64,000 bases of DNA from Lama glama. Its lineage: Eukaryota. The notes beneath the pieces were generated by a model. The model saw only the letters and a list, made by a program, of their open reading frames with translations. It made no database searches and was not told where the DNA came from. The first letter of the stretch is position 1. The number at the start of each line of letters is the position of its first letter. Location of the stretch: the NCBI GenBank assembly GCA_028534125.1, contig CM052837.1, forward strand, positions 23,250,001 to 23,314,000. The letters are read 5' to 3'. Made by a program: the position numbers and the translations under genes. Below are positions 1-13,174 of this stretch, in pieces.

Positions 1-1448
1 AATGGATAAACCAATGGTCCCTACTGGATTTTTGAAGACTCAGACTCACACGTTGTTGGTCTTTGTGCATCAGCCTGATAGGAAGGAGCCCACTCCTGAG
101 CTGGAGACCATGTGGTTGAAGATGAACCTTTTGTGTATGTGTAAGAATGATTATTAGGGATACTTCTTACAGACTTGTACATGAGGACAGCTTGCATCAC
201 ACTTTTCTTATTCACCCTCTTAAAGGTCAGAATGTACTTAGTGAGAAATTTTCAGCTTCCCATTGTCAGGAAATAGAACTTGGTAGTTACTGAACCTCTT
301 GTATTTTGTAGCCAAACAAGTACATACAGCTAGTCCTCACACACAGTTGTGGGAAAGTGCTGATGACTCATTAGCATACCTGGATAAGGTTTCATCTCTG
401 AACGTTAGGAGCTAGAAGTAGAAGACATTTCTTGCTCTATGTACCCTACACTCCTGTGTGCTCAGAAGACCAGTTAGAGTTCTTATATACCTCAAGGACT
501 ACATGTCTGTGTCATAAGCATATGAGGGTAGAAATCACTGCAACTCTCTTTGGTTGTCGGGTGGGGGAATTCTTGAGTTCTTAAATTGTGTCCCTGTGTC
601 CATGTCATATAGTCTGTGTCAGGCCTTGTAATACTCCCTGGCCCTTGTGGATTTCTTGGATTTTTTTTTTTTGTTTTTTTCCTTCCTCACCTTTCTCACT
701 TGACATTATCAGTCCTTGATTGTGGATCTCTGAATCTCTTCCCAAGGAAACAGAAATCATCTTCCATCACTGTTGATAAGGTTGTCTTTTTATACCCCTT
801 TAAAAATCTTGCAGTGGCTTTAAAATCGATTTTTAAACCTGCCACCAAAAACTCTAACGTTTAAAAAACAACAACAAAGGAAAGAAAAGAAAGACTTACC
901 AGTAACATTGTTTCCCTCAATCTCATCAGGAATACTTTTAAATGCAGAAAAGTTAGAAAATGGTGAATAATTATGGCAGTTCCTGGAAGGTACTGCGTTC
1001 CTTAGTAATTACATGTTGTACTCTTTGGTTCTGCTTCCTTGACAGTTCCATCGAACTGTGAATGAGTGTCTTGAATTTAATGAAATTCAGTCCTTGCAGA
1101 AAACTGCTGTTGTGTCACAGATTCAGCAGCAAAGCTGTGACGCTGATGTGGGAATAGCGATGTTTGTACCTTTTGTGTTGACAAGTTAGTTTAGGGACTT
1201 GCCAGGTGGGCTTTTCTTAAGAATATAAACCTTTTACAGAGAGAAAGCCAGAGGCTTTCTTAGAATCAGACAGCAGCCAGTTATGCTTGCCAGGAAAATG
1301 GGACAGCATGAGTTTCTATCAGGTAAATGCCTTGCTTACTTTAAGCTCAAGTTTGTTCTCTTTGGTTCAGAGCTCTGAATTTGGATATTCAGTCTGTTTT
1401 TATTCCACCATCCCTAAGCAGTTCACCTCTGGGGCTGGGTCTTTGCAG

Positions 1449-1592
1449 GGTGAGAAAGACTGGCAGAAATATGAGACCGCTCGGAGGCTGAAGAAGTGTG
1501 TGGACAAGATCCGGAACCAGTATCGAGAAGACTGGAAGTCCAAAGAGATGAAAGTCCGGCAAAGAGCCGTAGCCCTATACTTCATCGACAAG
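1449..1592 (+). CDS. TOP1: TOP1 exon (human exon 14 equivalent), GEKDWQKY...LYFIDK
   Basis: ttgcag|GGT ... AAG|gtgaga, 144 nt. Confidence 0.98.
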
Positions 1593-4500
1593 GTGAGAGC
1601 ATCTTCCCATCACATCGCCTGCTGTGTTCAGCTTAATGAAGATGTAGGGAGCATCTACTCCTCCAAGGCCTGTGCTGTCTGTATTGCTGGAGAGGCAGTG
1701 ATAGCCCAGTCACCCATGGTCCTGCCCACCCAACCTCTAGTCCCGTAAGGGAGGTAGAATTGGAGAGATGTTCAGTGTCTGCTGCTGTCTCAGTAGTCTG
1801 CCTAATGGGAGGGTTTTCAAGAATCTCGATGTGCCAGAAATGCTGTGACAGTTTCAAACTTTCTGATTATGAGCCACCCCCAAAATTTTATTTTGCATCA
1901 CAACCCACCACACATATATTTGTGCTTCTGTGAACTGAAACAAAAGTTGCAGAAAACAATGCTCAGCCTTTTCTATGAGTAGTGAATTCTGATTTTTTTT
2001 TTTACTGTTTCTTGTTTTTAAAAGGATGGTTATAAACCCTTAAAATTGGCTAAACAGTCTGTCAGTGTATCACAACTAATTGCACTTATATTTATTTTAA
2101 CAGAAGTTCTGAATTGTTTCAAAAATTAAGCAAAATTAAGACTAGCTTTTTGTGTCCGATTGCCCAGAATTTTAAAAAATATTCTTTCCTCCATCCCCAT
2201 GAGAGAGGACAGAGTAAAGAGAAGCTTAGATTTCTGGGAAAGTTTAATCTCCCTTGATTCACCATACTTCATTTTATAGGGGAAGAAGCAACAGTGCAGA
2301 TCCAGAATTGTCAGACCTTTGCAGACTGATGCTCTTTCCCCCAAGAGAATTGGGAGGCTTCTGATTTTTGGTTTCCTAGAGATCCTGTGAGATGAAAGTT
2401 TCTTCATTCATGCTCATCTTCTCCCCCACTTTCTCTCCTTGCTGGGCAGCTTGCTCTGAGAGCAGGTAATGAGAAGGAGGAAGGCGAAACAGCGGACACT
2501 GTGGGTTGCTGCTCGCTTCGTGTGGAACACATCAATCTGCACCCAGAGTTGGATGGTCAGGAATACGTGGTAGAGTTTGACTTCCTTGGGAAGGACTCAA
2601 TCAGATACTATAACAAAGTCCCTGTTGAGAAACGAGTAAGTTAATGTGGCTTAAACCTCGCCTGTTTTTTCATTTATTCATTCAGCAAGCATTTGAGTGC
2701 TTTTTGTGTGCTCTGCGCTTTGCTGAACATGAGAAAAAAATGACTTGAAAGAGAAAGGAGAGGTATTGTTTGGTGTCCTGTGCACCTCTTTTTAGTCCCT
2801 GCCCCACACCTCCCTACCCCGTGCTACCTTACTGGGAATGAGGGGCCATCTCCTGTAGCAGTATGCAACAGAGCATGCTGTAGAGTTATCTCTCACAACA
2901 AACTCAATGTAAGATTTATCCCATCAAGTTGTTTTAATGATTTAACCACTTAGTATCCTGTGGTCCTGTTGCACATTTGTCTCTTGGTGGCTTTGTTCAA
3001 TCTTTTCCAACTCCTGATTCAGCAGAAAGGTAGCCCTTGAGTCCCTGGATCTCTGAGCCCATAGCTCAAGAAGGTACTGCAGCTCCAAGTTCCCCCAGAG
3101 ACCTGCAGAGTGCTAGCCCCTCCGCAGTCTGATGTTTCATCAGTACTTAGTTTTGCTGGGTATGGAAAATGCTCCAGATTAAACAAAGTTAAAGAGATCT
3201 GACGGTTAAGTGTAATATCTGAGCTTAGATTGGATTCCACATTGGGAAGGATAAAGGACATCATTGAGTCAATTGACAAAATTGGAATATGGACAACAGA
3301 TTGGATAAAAGTATGTTGATGTAAATTTATGAAGCTATTCTGTGTATTTAAGGGACTATCTCTCCTCTTAAAAAAATACACTGAAATATCCAAGGGTAAA
3401 GGGCCATAATATATGTAAGTTCCCAGAAATGGTTCAGAATAATTGTTTATGTACACATGTAGATGTAGAAAGGAAGGGAGCATACATGTGCACTGCCCAA
3501 GTAGAAAACAAGATAAAATGTTAATGGTAGGTGAATCTGGGTAAAGGATGTGGGTGTTTTTTTGTGCTCTATGGGATTTGTTTCTTTTTTTTCTTTTTGC
3601 AAGTTTCTTTAAAGTTGCAGTTATTTCCAGTGGTTTCAAAAATAATTAGGCTCTGTTTATTTCTTTTAGGTTTTTAAGAACTTACAACTATTTATGGAGA
3701 ACAAACAGCCTGAGGATGATCTCTTTGATAGACTCAATGTGAGTGGACTGGGTTGAAGAGGGGCCTAGCCAGAGCCTCACAAGCTCCTAAAGGAGAGGTT
3801 TGCCTGGGGGTGCCTGGGGCTCTTCCCTCAGCCTGTCCTGTGGCACCCTGTGCACCCTTCCTCCCTCAAGCATGCAGCAAACCCACGGCCAAAGCCCTGG
3901 GATGGGTGGGCAAACGCTGTTACTCTCTTCTGGCTCCTGCAGAGCCTTTCCTTGGCTGGATGTCCAGCCACCTCTGTTAGAGACCCAGGACATGTCCCTG
4001 ATATCTTACTAGGGGGGATCTTCACAGGGAAGGATACATTTGCTCTATTGGCCTGCTGAAGATTGAAGTGCTTAGGGAGGCATCATGTGACCTGCATTCT
4101 GGAATTTTTTCCTCTTTTCCTAACTTCCCACTGGCGGAGCAGTAAACTTGGCAAGATTGTGATTGCACTGGCATAAATATCTGAGAGCTTGACAGAAGGG
4201 CCAGAGTAGTATGGCTTTCAGCTAACTCCCAGCATCTTTTGTTACTTTGTCTTCTCCAGACTGGTATTCTAAATAAGCATCTCCAGGATCTCATGGAGGG
4301 CTTGACAGCCAAGGTGTTCCGTACATACAACGCTTCCATCACGCTACAGCAACAGCTAAAAGAACTCACAGCTCGTAAGTACTGCTTGGCCAGACAGGGC
4401 CCACGGCCTTACTGATGACATGCTCCACTTCTTCTCAACAGTGTGACTGGAAACGTTTTCCTCTAATACAGGGCTAAGACTCAGTTGTATAAACATAAGA

Positions 4501-7500
4501 TCAGTGCTGTTTCCCTCATTCTTATGCAGCTTCTGAGTTAGTTTTATGGAATGCTGACAGAGACTTTTATCTGCTCTGAAAATGCCTGCATTTTGTGTTT
4601 TATTTTATATCTACGTTATTTAACAGAATGAAGACAGTACTGTGATGTTCTGTTAAATTGGAGAGAGTAAGGTTGTCATAGTTACTTAAAAAATGCATAG
4701 GACCAAGTCCTTTCCTTAAGGTTTCTGTCCCATCCCCCTTCCCACCAAGAAGAGTACATAGTATTCTCCTAAAAATCAGTTGCAGAAGGTATTACCAAGA
4801 TCCCCAGCTTTTTCCTCTAGAGCCTAGTTACTGGTGAGTTTCTGCTGTCTTCCAGAGTATGTCAAATGGTACTAGAAAATGAGCCCAAGAAGCCAAACAT
4901 GGGTGTGTGGAGAGTCAGTATTTTAGGATAGGATAAAGAATGCTGTATGACACAAGCAACACTGAGGCAAGCAGATAATTCTGTTGACTCTCAGATTTTG
5001 ACCTTGTACCTTGGGGTGACTTGAGTTGATCATCTGAGTGAGAGGAAACCCAGGAAAATCATGAAGATGAAGCACTGGGGAAGGCACAGGTGTTCTCTCT
5101 TGTTATACAAATGGACTCTGTTCTTACCATGTTTCTTTCTTTACAGCTGATGAGAACATCCCAGCAAAGATCCTATCTTATAACCGTGCCAACCGAGCTG
5201 TTGCAATTCTTTGTAACCATCAGAGGGCACCACCAAAAACTTTTGAGAAGTCCATGATGAACTTGCAATCTAAGGTATCTTGGATCCGAATAGTGGGGTA
5301 GCAAAATGAAGAGAATTATATCTGCTATGGCCTTTTATACTTCACTCTTCTGGGCTGGGACATCAGATAGCCAGTTCTGGATCTGTTCTGGAAAAAAGGT
5401 TTATGCTAAAAATAAATACATGGAAATACGATGGTAGGTCACTGATCAAGACACTGCATATCAGGTACCCATTACTCAGGAAGTCTGTATTCTGTGGACA
5501 GAAGTTCTACATTGGCCAATTCCTATTTTGGAAAGCTAAGTTTGATGTGCTCTTTGAAACACTAATTATTGTCCTCATACATGAGGCTAATGGAAATAAT
5601 GGATATAAAGACAGTCTTCACAATTCCTTTTCACAGCCCAGAAATGTAGCTATTTCCAAATCAGATTATTTCAAATTGAGAAGATGATGAAACAGTATTT
5701 AACTTTCCCCCAATCCTAGCACAACTATTTTTATTTTTACACATTCCACATGAATCATATTTTTATATAGCTCATCATGAAACATCTGTTGAATACTGGC
5801 TGTGTGCAAGGGCTGCTGCCCTAGAGGGAGAGACTGACATGCAAACAACTAGATGTCGTTCCTCTTCCATGTGCCTCCTTCCTCCGATTCTGCCCAGGGC
5901 TGAGCTTTTAAGCTGCAAGGCACTTAACATTTGATGATAGCATTTCTGTGTTAGCAATGACACCGTAACTAACCCATTTTAATGTACTAACCCACCATGA
6001 GAATTAGCAGATACTTTACTGTAAAGCAGATACATGAGTTACAATTTTCTTGAAATATACTTGCCTAAAAATCTGATACAGATGTGCTTTCTTATTGATT
6101 TACTAAGTAAGATCCTAGGTGGGTTTAATAGTTACTGTTGAGTGTCAGGATAGTAATGACTATAAATGATAACTTCAACTTCTGCAACAGTTGTAATATA
6201 TGAAAATACACATACTGTCCATTAGTGACAGTCATTGGTACTACTGATATTACTGTGGTTGTTGCCCACATTCATAACTGAAAAAGAAATGAGTTTCAAC
6301 TAAAGGTTAATTAAATTACAGATTGATCCCCCCCCCCACGTTCATAAAATTCTATAGTTGGATAACTGGAGTTTTAAAAGTACTGCTGTAGAGTGAGACT
6401 GCGTCACATTTTCAGACCCTGGGTGTTTTCCAAGAAATTGAAACTTCTTCCAGATAAGTACCCAGGTGTAGTACATCTGGGTCAAAAGACACACACACAA
6501 CTACAGCCCATGCTACAGATGCCATCTGGCCTTCCTGAAGACATGTACACATCCACAATAAGTAAGTATGTGTCCACAGACGTCTCAAATCCTTGGACCA
6601 TGTGATTGGCAGGCAAGGAACTGTACAGACTGCCCATCCTAGCAACTTCCATTTGCTGCCACTCTGTTAAATCGCAATCATCTGGTACCGTTTACTATCC
6701 TCATGCTATCGTTCCAAGCCAGAAATAAAAGCATGGATATTCAGGTGGTGTTTACCTAATTCAGGAGACCCCTCCCTGGAGCATGAGGAGGTCTTTTGTT
6801 GGTCTCACTCTGGAACCACTGTTTGGGCCGCCCAGGCTGCCTGCCAGACTAGCCCTCTAAGCCCAGGAACCCTCTCCTGTGTGCCCACAGAGCAAACACA
6901 CGCCCCTGTTTGCCAAGTGAATCAATGGAGTCTTTGATGCTTTGCGAGAATTTGACATAGCCTGCCAATTTAGCATTCACAGAAATGGTTAAAAGGTTGT
7001 GGTTTGTTGCATTTTTAGCCTAAGAAGAATCTGGCTAGTGGTGTCTGTGATGCTTTTGTGTATAGAATCAGTTCCTTCAGCTTAACTTTGGACAACATAG
7101 GTGTTGGAAGTAAGCCATTCATAGTAAAATGCATTTAATGATTCTCTCACAATGGTGGCCTCTGTTTCCAATCTTAGGCTGTGGGTGTAAATCTGACAGA
7201 CAATTCTAGGCTGAGAGCAACAGCCCAGTGTGTGTGAGTCAGGCATGTATTTACTCTGCAGAGGTTCCCTTGACCTCACAGGTTAGCAAGGTGACAGCAG
7301 GTCAGGGGTTCTGCCCCCAGCAGCATGAGCTCACTGCTTTGGGCTCTAGCTCCATAGTGTTGCCTGCTGCTGTCCTTAAGCGGGAACTAAAACAATGTAG
7401 AACTGGTTCTATCAAGGAAGAAACTGTCGTCTCTTCCTTTATAGACTGGGTCTCCATGAGATTTTGTTTGGAGAAAGAGCTCCACAGCTTTAAAAAAAAA

Positions 7501-9854
7501 GTTTCGAATCTGTTTTTGAGTGATAGCTATTTTAATTTCCTTCCTGTCTCAGCTTTCTCTTCTTTAAAAAAGCAGAATGCCAAAGCCAAGCCATGCCATG
7601 TATTGGCTTGGAACAGACTAAGCTGAGCTGTTTGGCCTCCTGGACACCTTCTAAGTGCCATTTTCTAGTCTCTTGGATATTCCCTTCACTGCATCCTTTT
7701 TTGAGATGTTGGCAGCTCCTGCCCAGAGTGCTAGTAGAGTCTAAGGAATCAGCTGGGCTCAGTATATGCAAGGGACCTTGTCTCAGCTTCTAAAGAGTAT
7801 CTCCTGCAGGATTCTTGGAATGGAGGCTACAACCTGGTACAAGATCCATTTGATCAATAGCTCTCATCTGTAGCCCTCCTCCCAGTATCAAAAACCAAAG
7901 TGTTCTCTGATTGAAAGATTAGCACTCACATTCCCAGCCCCAGTGGGTTCTCTTCCCTGAGCTTCTGGGTTAATGGAACCCTGTGTCCCTGCTGATAAAA
8001 TCCTCATTTCTTGAAGGGTGACTGAAGAAGATAAATGACCAAGTAGCATTTGAACTCAGCACCCACGGCGCATCTACTCTGTGCCTTCATGAAGCCACCC
8101 CCAGGTGTTTTAACCTGGCAAACCACCATGATTGACAGCCTGCTGGTGGAGGCAGCATCTAGGTTTCATCTTCTCTTGGGGAGCCCTTCTTTTCCTTCCC
8201 TGGGCTTATTTTATTCCTAAATTTTACTGTTGTTCTTCCCTACCCAGATTGATGCCAAGAAGGAACAGCTAGCAGATGCCCGGAGAGACCTGAAAAGTGC
8301 TAAGGCTGATGCTAAGGTCCTGAAGGATGCAAAGACCAAGAAGTATGTGTCTCGTGTGGTGTGAAGCTCAGGGTTGGTTGAGAAGAGAGAGAGATGGGTG
8401 CAGTATCAGCCAGGGGCCCTGGCTTTTCTAGGGTTTCTGAGTGATCTCTTTTAGAAATCTTTGTACCTGGGACTTTTCTGCTTTTACTGTGCCTACGTGG
8501 CAGCATGGGGTTGCAGTGCTCTTGTCCAGAGGCCAGGCCTGGTTCTTGATGACTCCCTTTCTTCCAGGGTGGTAGAGTCAAAGAAGAAGGCTGTGCAGAG
8601 ACTGGAGGAGCAGTTGATGAAGCTTGAAGTTCAGGCCACAGACCGAGAGGAAAACAAACAAATCGCTTTGGGAACCTCCAAACTCAATTATCTGGACCCG
8701 AGGATCACCGTGGCTTGGTAGGCACCATGCCTTTGAATTCCAGCTGCTGGCTTGAGAAAGGTGGTGGGGATTCCAAAAGCATTGTTAGCACTCATGTGCC
8801 ATTCCTGCGCTGCACACTTTCAGTCCTCTGGGAAACCTCCACCTTCTGCTGCATGCACTACAAATGCATTGGAACATCCTGGATGGTCCTAAATGGTCAA
8901 TACTGTTAGACCACCTTTGAGTGTGTTTATGTCTGTTAAGGCAGACACAGTCCCTGCCCCTTTTGGAACTTCAGGTCAGAGTGGAGACTCTTAGTCCTTC
9001 CTTGTTGAAGGAAAAATATAAAAGAGCTCATCTCTCTACACTTTTCAATTTTTCAATAAAATTTTTTTTACAAGGAAAAAAAGTAGGAATAAGGAGAGAA
9101 GAAAAACAAAAATGAGAATACAGATCTGAGCAACCTACATAGAGTTTGTTCTGCTGTTGGCTTGCTTCCCTGCACTGCCCCTTCCCCACACACCGCATAA
9201 AATAAATCCAAAATAAATGGCTTTTTTTGAAGATGCTTATTAGTTACCTTGAATTGTTAAGTTCTGGACCTAGGAAGAGCAGTCATTCCCTATGGCCCTG
9301 CTCCTCCTCTGGGCCAGGGATTCCACCCAGCTCTTGTACCCTTTCTATTCTTTTTGCCCTGTTTGGTGCTGCAGGTGTGGTTGGCTTGAGAAGCAATATA
9401 GTGCAGTGGTTAAGAGCATGGACTCTGGAGTCAGACTGCTCGGGTTCAGTGGTCAGCTCCGTCCTCACTAGCTGCATGGGAATGTGAGCAAATTACCTAA
9501 CCCCTCTGCCTTTGTTTTTCTTCTGTACCTTTTTCATTTGTACATCTGTAATAGTACCTACTTTAGAGGTCTTTGTCAAGATTAAATGAGTGTAGCACAT
9601 GAAGCTCTTAGAAGTGTCTGGTACATTATTAATTCTCAATTCTCATCAGATGGATGTGAAGGAGAAGGCAGTACATCCAAACCCCAGCCGCAGGGTCTGT
9701 CTCTTTGTCCCTGAAACACACTAACCCCTCATCTTTCTCCCTTGTTTGCAGGTGCAAGAAATGGGGGGTCCCAATTGAGAAAATTTACAACAAAACCCAG
9801 CGGGAGAAGTTTGCCTGGGCCATCGACATGGCTGACGAGGACTACGAGTTCTAG
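1449..9854 (+). CDS. TOP1: DNA topoisomerase I, 3' part (last 8 coding exons; 5' exons lie upstream of the window)
   Basis: Spliced join 1449-1592, 2450-2635, 3670-3738, 4260-4374, 5147-5274, 8248-8342, 8568-8717, 9752-9854 (all GT-AG) gives an uninterrupted frame GEKDWQKY...LALRAG...GKDSI...KVFRTYNAS...ILCNHQR...SKLNYLDPR...DEDYEF*, carrying the type IB catalytic R, K, R, H and Y residues. Confidence 0.99.
2450..2635 (+). CDS. TOP1: TOP1 exon (15 equivalent), LALRAGNEK...[16 protein letters not shown] (catalytic Arg and Lys)
   Basis: gggcag|CTT ... CGA|gtaagt, 186 nt. Confidence 0.98.
2668..2730 (-). mobile_element. L2 LINE 3' tail fragment
   Basis: cattcattcagcaagcatttgagtgc resembles the reverse complement of the L2 3' end. 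Confidence 0.55.
3172..3640 (+). mobile_element. Ancient L1M (L1MC/MD-like) 3' fragment in a TOP1 intron
   Basis: Typical L1M 3' motifs: aaggacatcattgagtcaattgacaaaattggaatatggac, aaaatgttaatggtaggtgaatctgggtaaagg, gcaagtttctttaaagttg; boundaries approximate. Confidence 0.7.
3670..3738 (+). CDS. TOP1: TOP1 exon (16 equivalent), [23 protein letters not shown]
   Basis: ttttag|GTT ... AAT|gtgagt, 69 nt. Confidence 0.98.
4260..4374 (+). CDS. TOP1: TOP1 exon (17 equivalent), TGILNKHL...[21 protein letters not shown]
   Basis: ctccag|ACT ... GCT C|gtaagt, 115 nt. Confidence 0.98.
5147..5274 (+). CDS. TOP1: TOP1 exon (18 equivalent), [26 protein letters not shown]...NLQSK
   Basis: ttacag|CT GAT ... 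AAG|gtatct, 128 nt; catalytic His in CNHQR. Confidence 0.98.
8248..8342 (+). CDS. TOP1: TOP1 exon (19 equivalent), linker [16 protein letters not shown]...
   Basis: acccag|ATT ... AAG AA|gtatgt, 95 nt. Confidence 0.97.
8568..8717 (+). CDS. TOP1: TOP1 exon (20 equivalent) with active-site Tyr (SKLNYLDPR; TAT at 8689-8691)
   Basis: ttccag|G GTG ... GCT TG|gtaggc, 150 nt. Confidence 0.98.
9393..9630 (+). mobile_element. MIR SINE
   Basis: gtggttaagagcatggactctggagtcagactg...aattacctaacccctctgcc...catctgtaatagtacctac...gattaaatgag matches the MIR consensus. Confidence 0.85.
9752..9854 (+). CDS. TOP1: TOP1 last coding exon, (W)[33 protein letters not shown]
   Basis: ttgcag|G TGC ... TTC TAG (9852-9854). 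Confidence 0.98.
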
Positions 9855-11061
9855 CCAGTCTCGAAGGGCAGGATTCTGTGAAAAGGAACAGTGTGGTTTG
9901 GGGAAGATGGGATAAACTGTGAGCCTCGCTTGCCCTNNNNNNNNNNNNNNNNNNNNNNNNNNNNNNNNNNNNNNNNNNNNNNNNNNNNNNNNNNNNNNNN
10001 NNNNNNNNNNNNNNNNNNNNNNNNNNNNNNNNNNNNNNNNNNNNNNNNNNNNNNNNNNNNNNNNNNNNNNNNNNNNNNNNNNNNNNNNNNNNNNNNNNNN
10101 NNNNNNNNNNNNNNNAGGGGTCAAGTGGATGGGAATTTGTCAAGAGTTCTGCCAGGCAAATTCACTGTTTCACTGAAGCATTTGGATTCTCTTAGCTACT
10201 GTATACGAAGTCCGATTATATTGGTGCGTTTTTACAGTTAGGGTTTTGCAATAACTTCTATATTTTAATAGAAATGAATTCCTAAACTCCCCTCTCCCCC
10301 ATTTCAGGACTTTAAAATTAAGTAGAACAAAAACCCAGCGCACCTGTTAGAGTTGTCACTATCTNNNNNNNNNNNNNNNNNNNNNNNNNNNNNNNNNNNN
10401 NNNNNNNNNNNNNNNNNNNNNNNNNNNNNNNNNNNNNNNNNNNNNNNNNNNNNNNNNNNNNNNNNNNNNNNNNNNNNNNNNNNNNNNNNNNNNNNNNNNN
10501 NNNNNNNNNNNNNNNNNNNNNNNNNNNNNNNNNNNNNNNNNNNNNNNNNNNNNNNNNNNNNNNNNNNNNNNNNNNNNNNNNNNNGGGGTGAGCGAGTCTA
10601 AGGATAATGAAATAATCAGTGACTGAAACCATTTTCCCATCATCCTTTGTTCTGAGCATTCTCTGTGCCCTTTCAGATACCCATCTTTTTCATTTAAAAC
10701 CCCAGTCTTTCACTTGAAAGACTTTATTGTATAAAAAGTTCCACAGGTCAATAAATTTAAAGGAAAATGAGTATTTGGTCCAAAAAAAGGAAAAATAATG
10801 AAGATTNNNNNNNNNNNNNNNNNNNNNNNNNNNNNNNNNNNNNNNNNNNNNNNNNNNNNNNNNNNNNNNNNNNNNNNNNNNNNNNNNNNNNNNNNNNNNN
10901 NNNNNNNNNNNNNNNNNNNNNNNNNNNNNNNNNNNNNNNNNNNNNNNNNNNNNNNNNNNNNNNNNNNNNNNNNNNNNNNNNNNNNNNNNNNNNNNNNNNN
11001 NNNNNNNNNNNNNNNNNNNNNNNNNNNNNNNNNNNNNNNNNNNNNNNNNNNNNNNNNNNNN
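9855..11061 (+). other. TOP1: TOP1 3'UTR, interrupted by three N-runs; AATAAA at 10750-10755; true end probably inside the last N-run
   Basis: Follows the stop codon; AU-rich; visible blocks resemble the human TOP1 3'UTR as recalled; composition shifts to GC-rich after 11061. Confidence 0.8.
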
Positions 11062-12902
11062 CTTCGTAACCCAGGGCCCCAGGCCAGAGTGAGGCTTTGG
11101 GGCTGGGACTTGGTGAGGGATGTGGTCTGCCTGCTCCTGTCAGCAAGGGTGCCTCCCTCCCCAGGAGCTAGGGACCAGGCCTTGAAGGGGCTGCATCTGT
11201 TGTGCCGACGTGGGTTGGGGTCAAAGAGGGAGTAAGCCAAAGTCCACATCCTTAGATAAAGGCAGGCCCAGGAAGTGAGGGCGGGTACAGAATACCTACA
11301 AGAACAGGTGGGGTGCAAGAAGTATATTTGGAGCATAGGGTGGGTTTATTGAGCAAGATGGAGCAAGTGTATTTGAGTGACAGATCCTGGAACACACTTC
11401 ATGTGTGCTGGCCAGAAGCAGTGGGGAACTTCTTTTGGGTTTGCTTTCAGTCAGGATGGCAGGAATTAAGGGTGCTAAGCCAACTAGAACACTGGATCCC
11501 AGAAGCTCTCTCGCAGATGGAATGCAGTCTTCTTGTGTTGACTGAGACGAGGAGTAGTTTGTGACCACTTTCCAGGGCTCTAGCATCCAAGCTGGCTAGG
11601 GTCCCTACAAAAATTGTTAGTCCTTTCATCTTAGATTACAGCTAAGTCTGGAATTCAGGTTGAAGGATGAGGTCTCCTGGGCAAATGGAGCAGGGAGTAG
11701 GAAGGCCAAAGGGGTCAGAACTGGTCACTTGGCTAGCCCTTGCGAGCACACACAGGTGTTTTCCGGGGGGGGGCTCCATCTGCCCTGATGGGCTCTGAGC
11801 TCTGGGGGCTGGGCTGGGCCCACTGCAGAGAGTCCTAGAGGGGCCTTCCTGGCAGCCTGCATTCAGTAGTTGGGGAGGGAGGCAGCATTCACCCAGGGAA
11901 TGAAAGGTTATGCAGCCATTACTGCTTTGGAGCAAGAGACCACAGCCCGGTATTGTTGAGTTCTGTGGTGCTGAGGTGGTAGACGGCTGAAGGTAGGGAT
12001 AGCAGCAGACATGCTAGTCCAGTGCCCAATCAATACACTTCAGCAGGACCTGCCTCAACCAGGGGACCCACCTTGGACCACAACTAAAACTCGGGGACAG
12101 GAGACCTTGCAGGCAGATTTTACTGATGAGCAGGAAATTGTGCCTACCTTTTCCAGCAAGAAACTTTTTTCTTCTGAGGGCAGGTGCAGAGCAACTAGAC
12201 GCTGGTCAAGACTAGTTGTGAAGGACATCCTGGGTGGTAGCAGCAAGCCTGGAAAGCAAGCGAGAGAATGGGAAGCTGGGATGAGGAAGAGGCCAGACAG
12301 GTAGGTGAGGACCAGGTGTGAAGGGCCCTGGAGGGAGGATGCTTGAGCATGGAGTCAGGAGGCCCACCCCTTGCTTGTTCATCAGGCTTTCCTCCTCCCA
12401 CTTGCAGCCACTTGCAGCCATGTCCAGGAGCAGAGGCCATATGCGCAGGATCTGACAGACTCCCTCCGGTCAAGCCCTTCCTGGGATGCTGGAGTCCAGC
12501 TGTGGGCAAAGGTGGGGGATAGCTTCCACGTGCTACCCCAGCCAGACATCTGGGTGTTTGCTTGGCCACTCGCTCCCCCACCTCCCACGTCTGGTCAGCA
12601 GGTCCTGTCCTCCCTGTCAAGGCTAACTCAGGCCTCTGCCACATTTAAGAAAAAAAAAGAAACCTCCAAACTCCCAGCCTTCTCTAGCCCCTCCCTATTT
12701 CACAAACAAGCACCTGGAATGAGTCATCTCCACCACCCAGTCATTCCCCCACCTACTGCAACTAGCTTCTGCCCCATCTTCCTCCAGTTCCCCTCCCCAC
12801 TCTGACCACAACCACCAGTGAATGAGTGGCCAAACCACTAAGTGGGCTCTGCTTCTGCACCTTACTTAAGCTCTCTATGGCACCAGACACTTGACTGCTC
12901 CT

Positions 12903-13160
12903 TTTTTAAAACAACTCTACTAGTATATTTTACATATCATAAGACCCACCCATTTCAAGTGGACAATGATTTTTGGCAACTTTACTGAATGGTGCAGCCA
13001 TCACCATAAATCAGTTTTAGAACTTCACCCCCACGCTGTAAGATCCTGCATGCCCACATAAAGTTAACCCCCGTTCCCACTTCCAGCCTCCACTAATCTA
13101 CTTTCCCTATAGATTTGTCTTTCCTGGATATCTCACATAAGTGGAGTCATACAACACGTG
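12903..13160 (-). mobile_element. L1M (L1MA/MB-like) 3' fragment
   Basis: tgcagccatcacc...cactaatctactttc...tagatttgtctttcctggatatctcacataagtggagtcataca resembles an antisense L1M 3'UTR. Confidence 0.75.
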
Positions 13161-13174
13161 ACCACTCCCTTAAA

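Noticed and set aside
361-401. TGATGA...CTGA (C/D-box snoRNA-like) in the TOP1 intron
   Set aside because: Only ~40 nt, no terminal stem or guide recognisable; better explained as chance or an AP-1 site (TGACTCA)
3019-3639. 206-aa minus-strand ORF
   Set aside because: Lies mostly over an antisense L1M 3' fragment with a non-ATG start; no protein resemblance
5930-6370. AT-rich blocks resembling old DNA transposon (hAT/Tigger) remnants, also ~1850-2080 and ~34190-34390
   Set aside because: Could not identify terminal inverted repeats or a family confidently without a Dfam search
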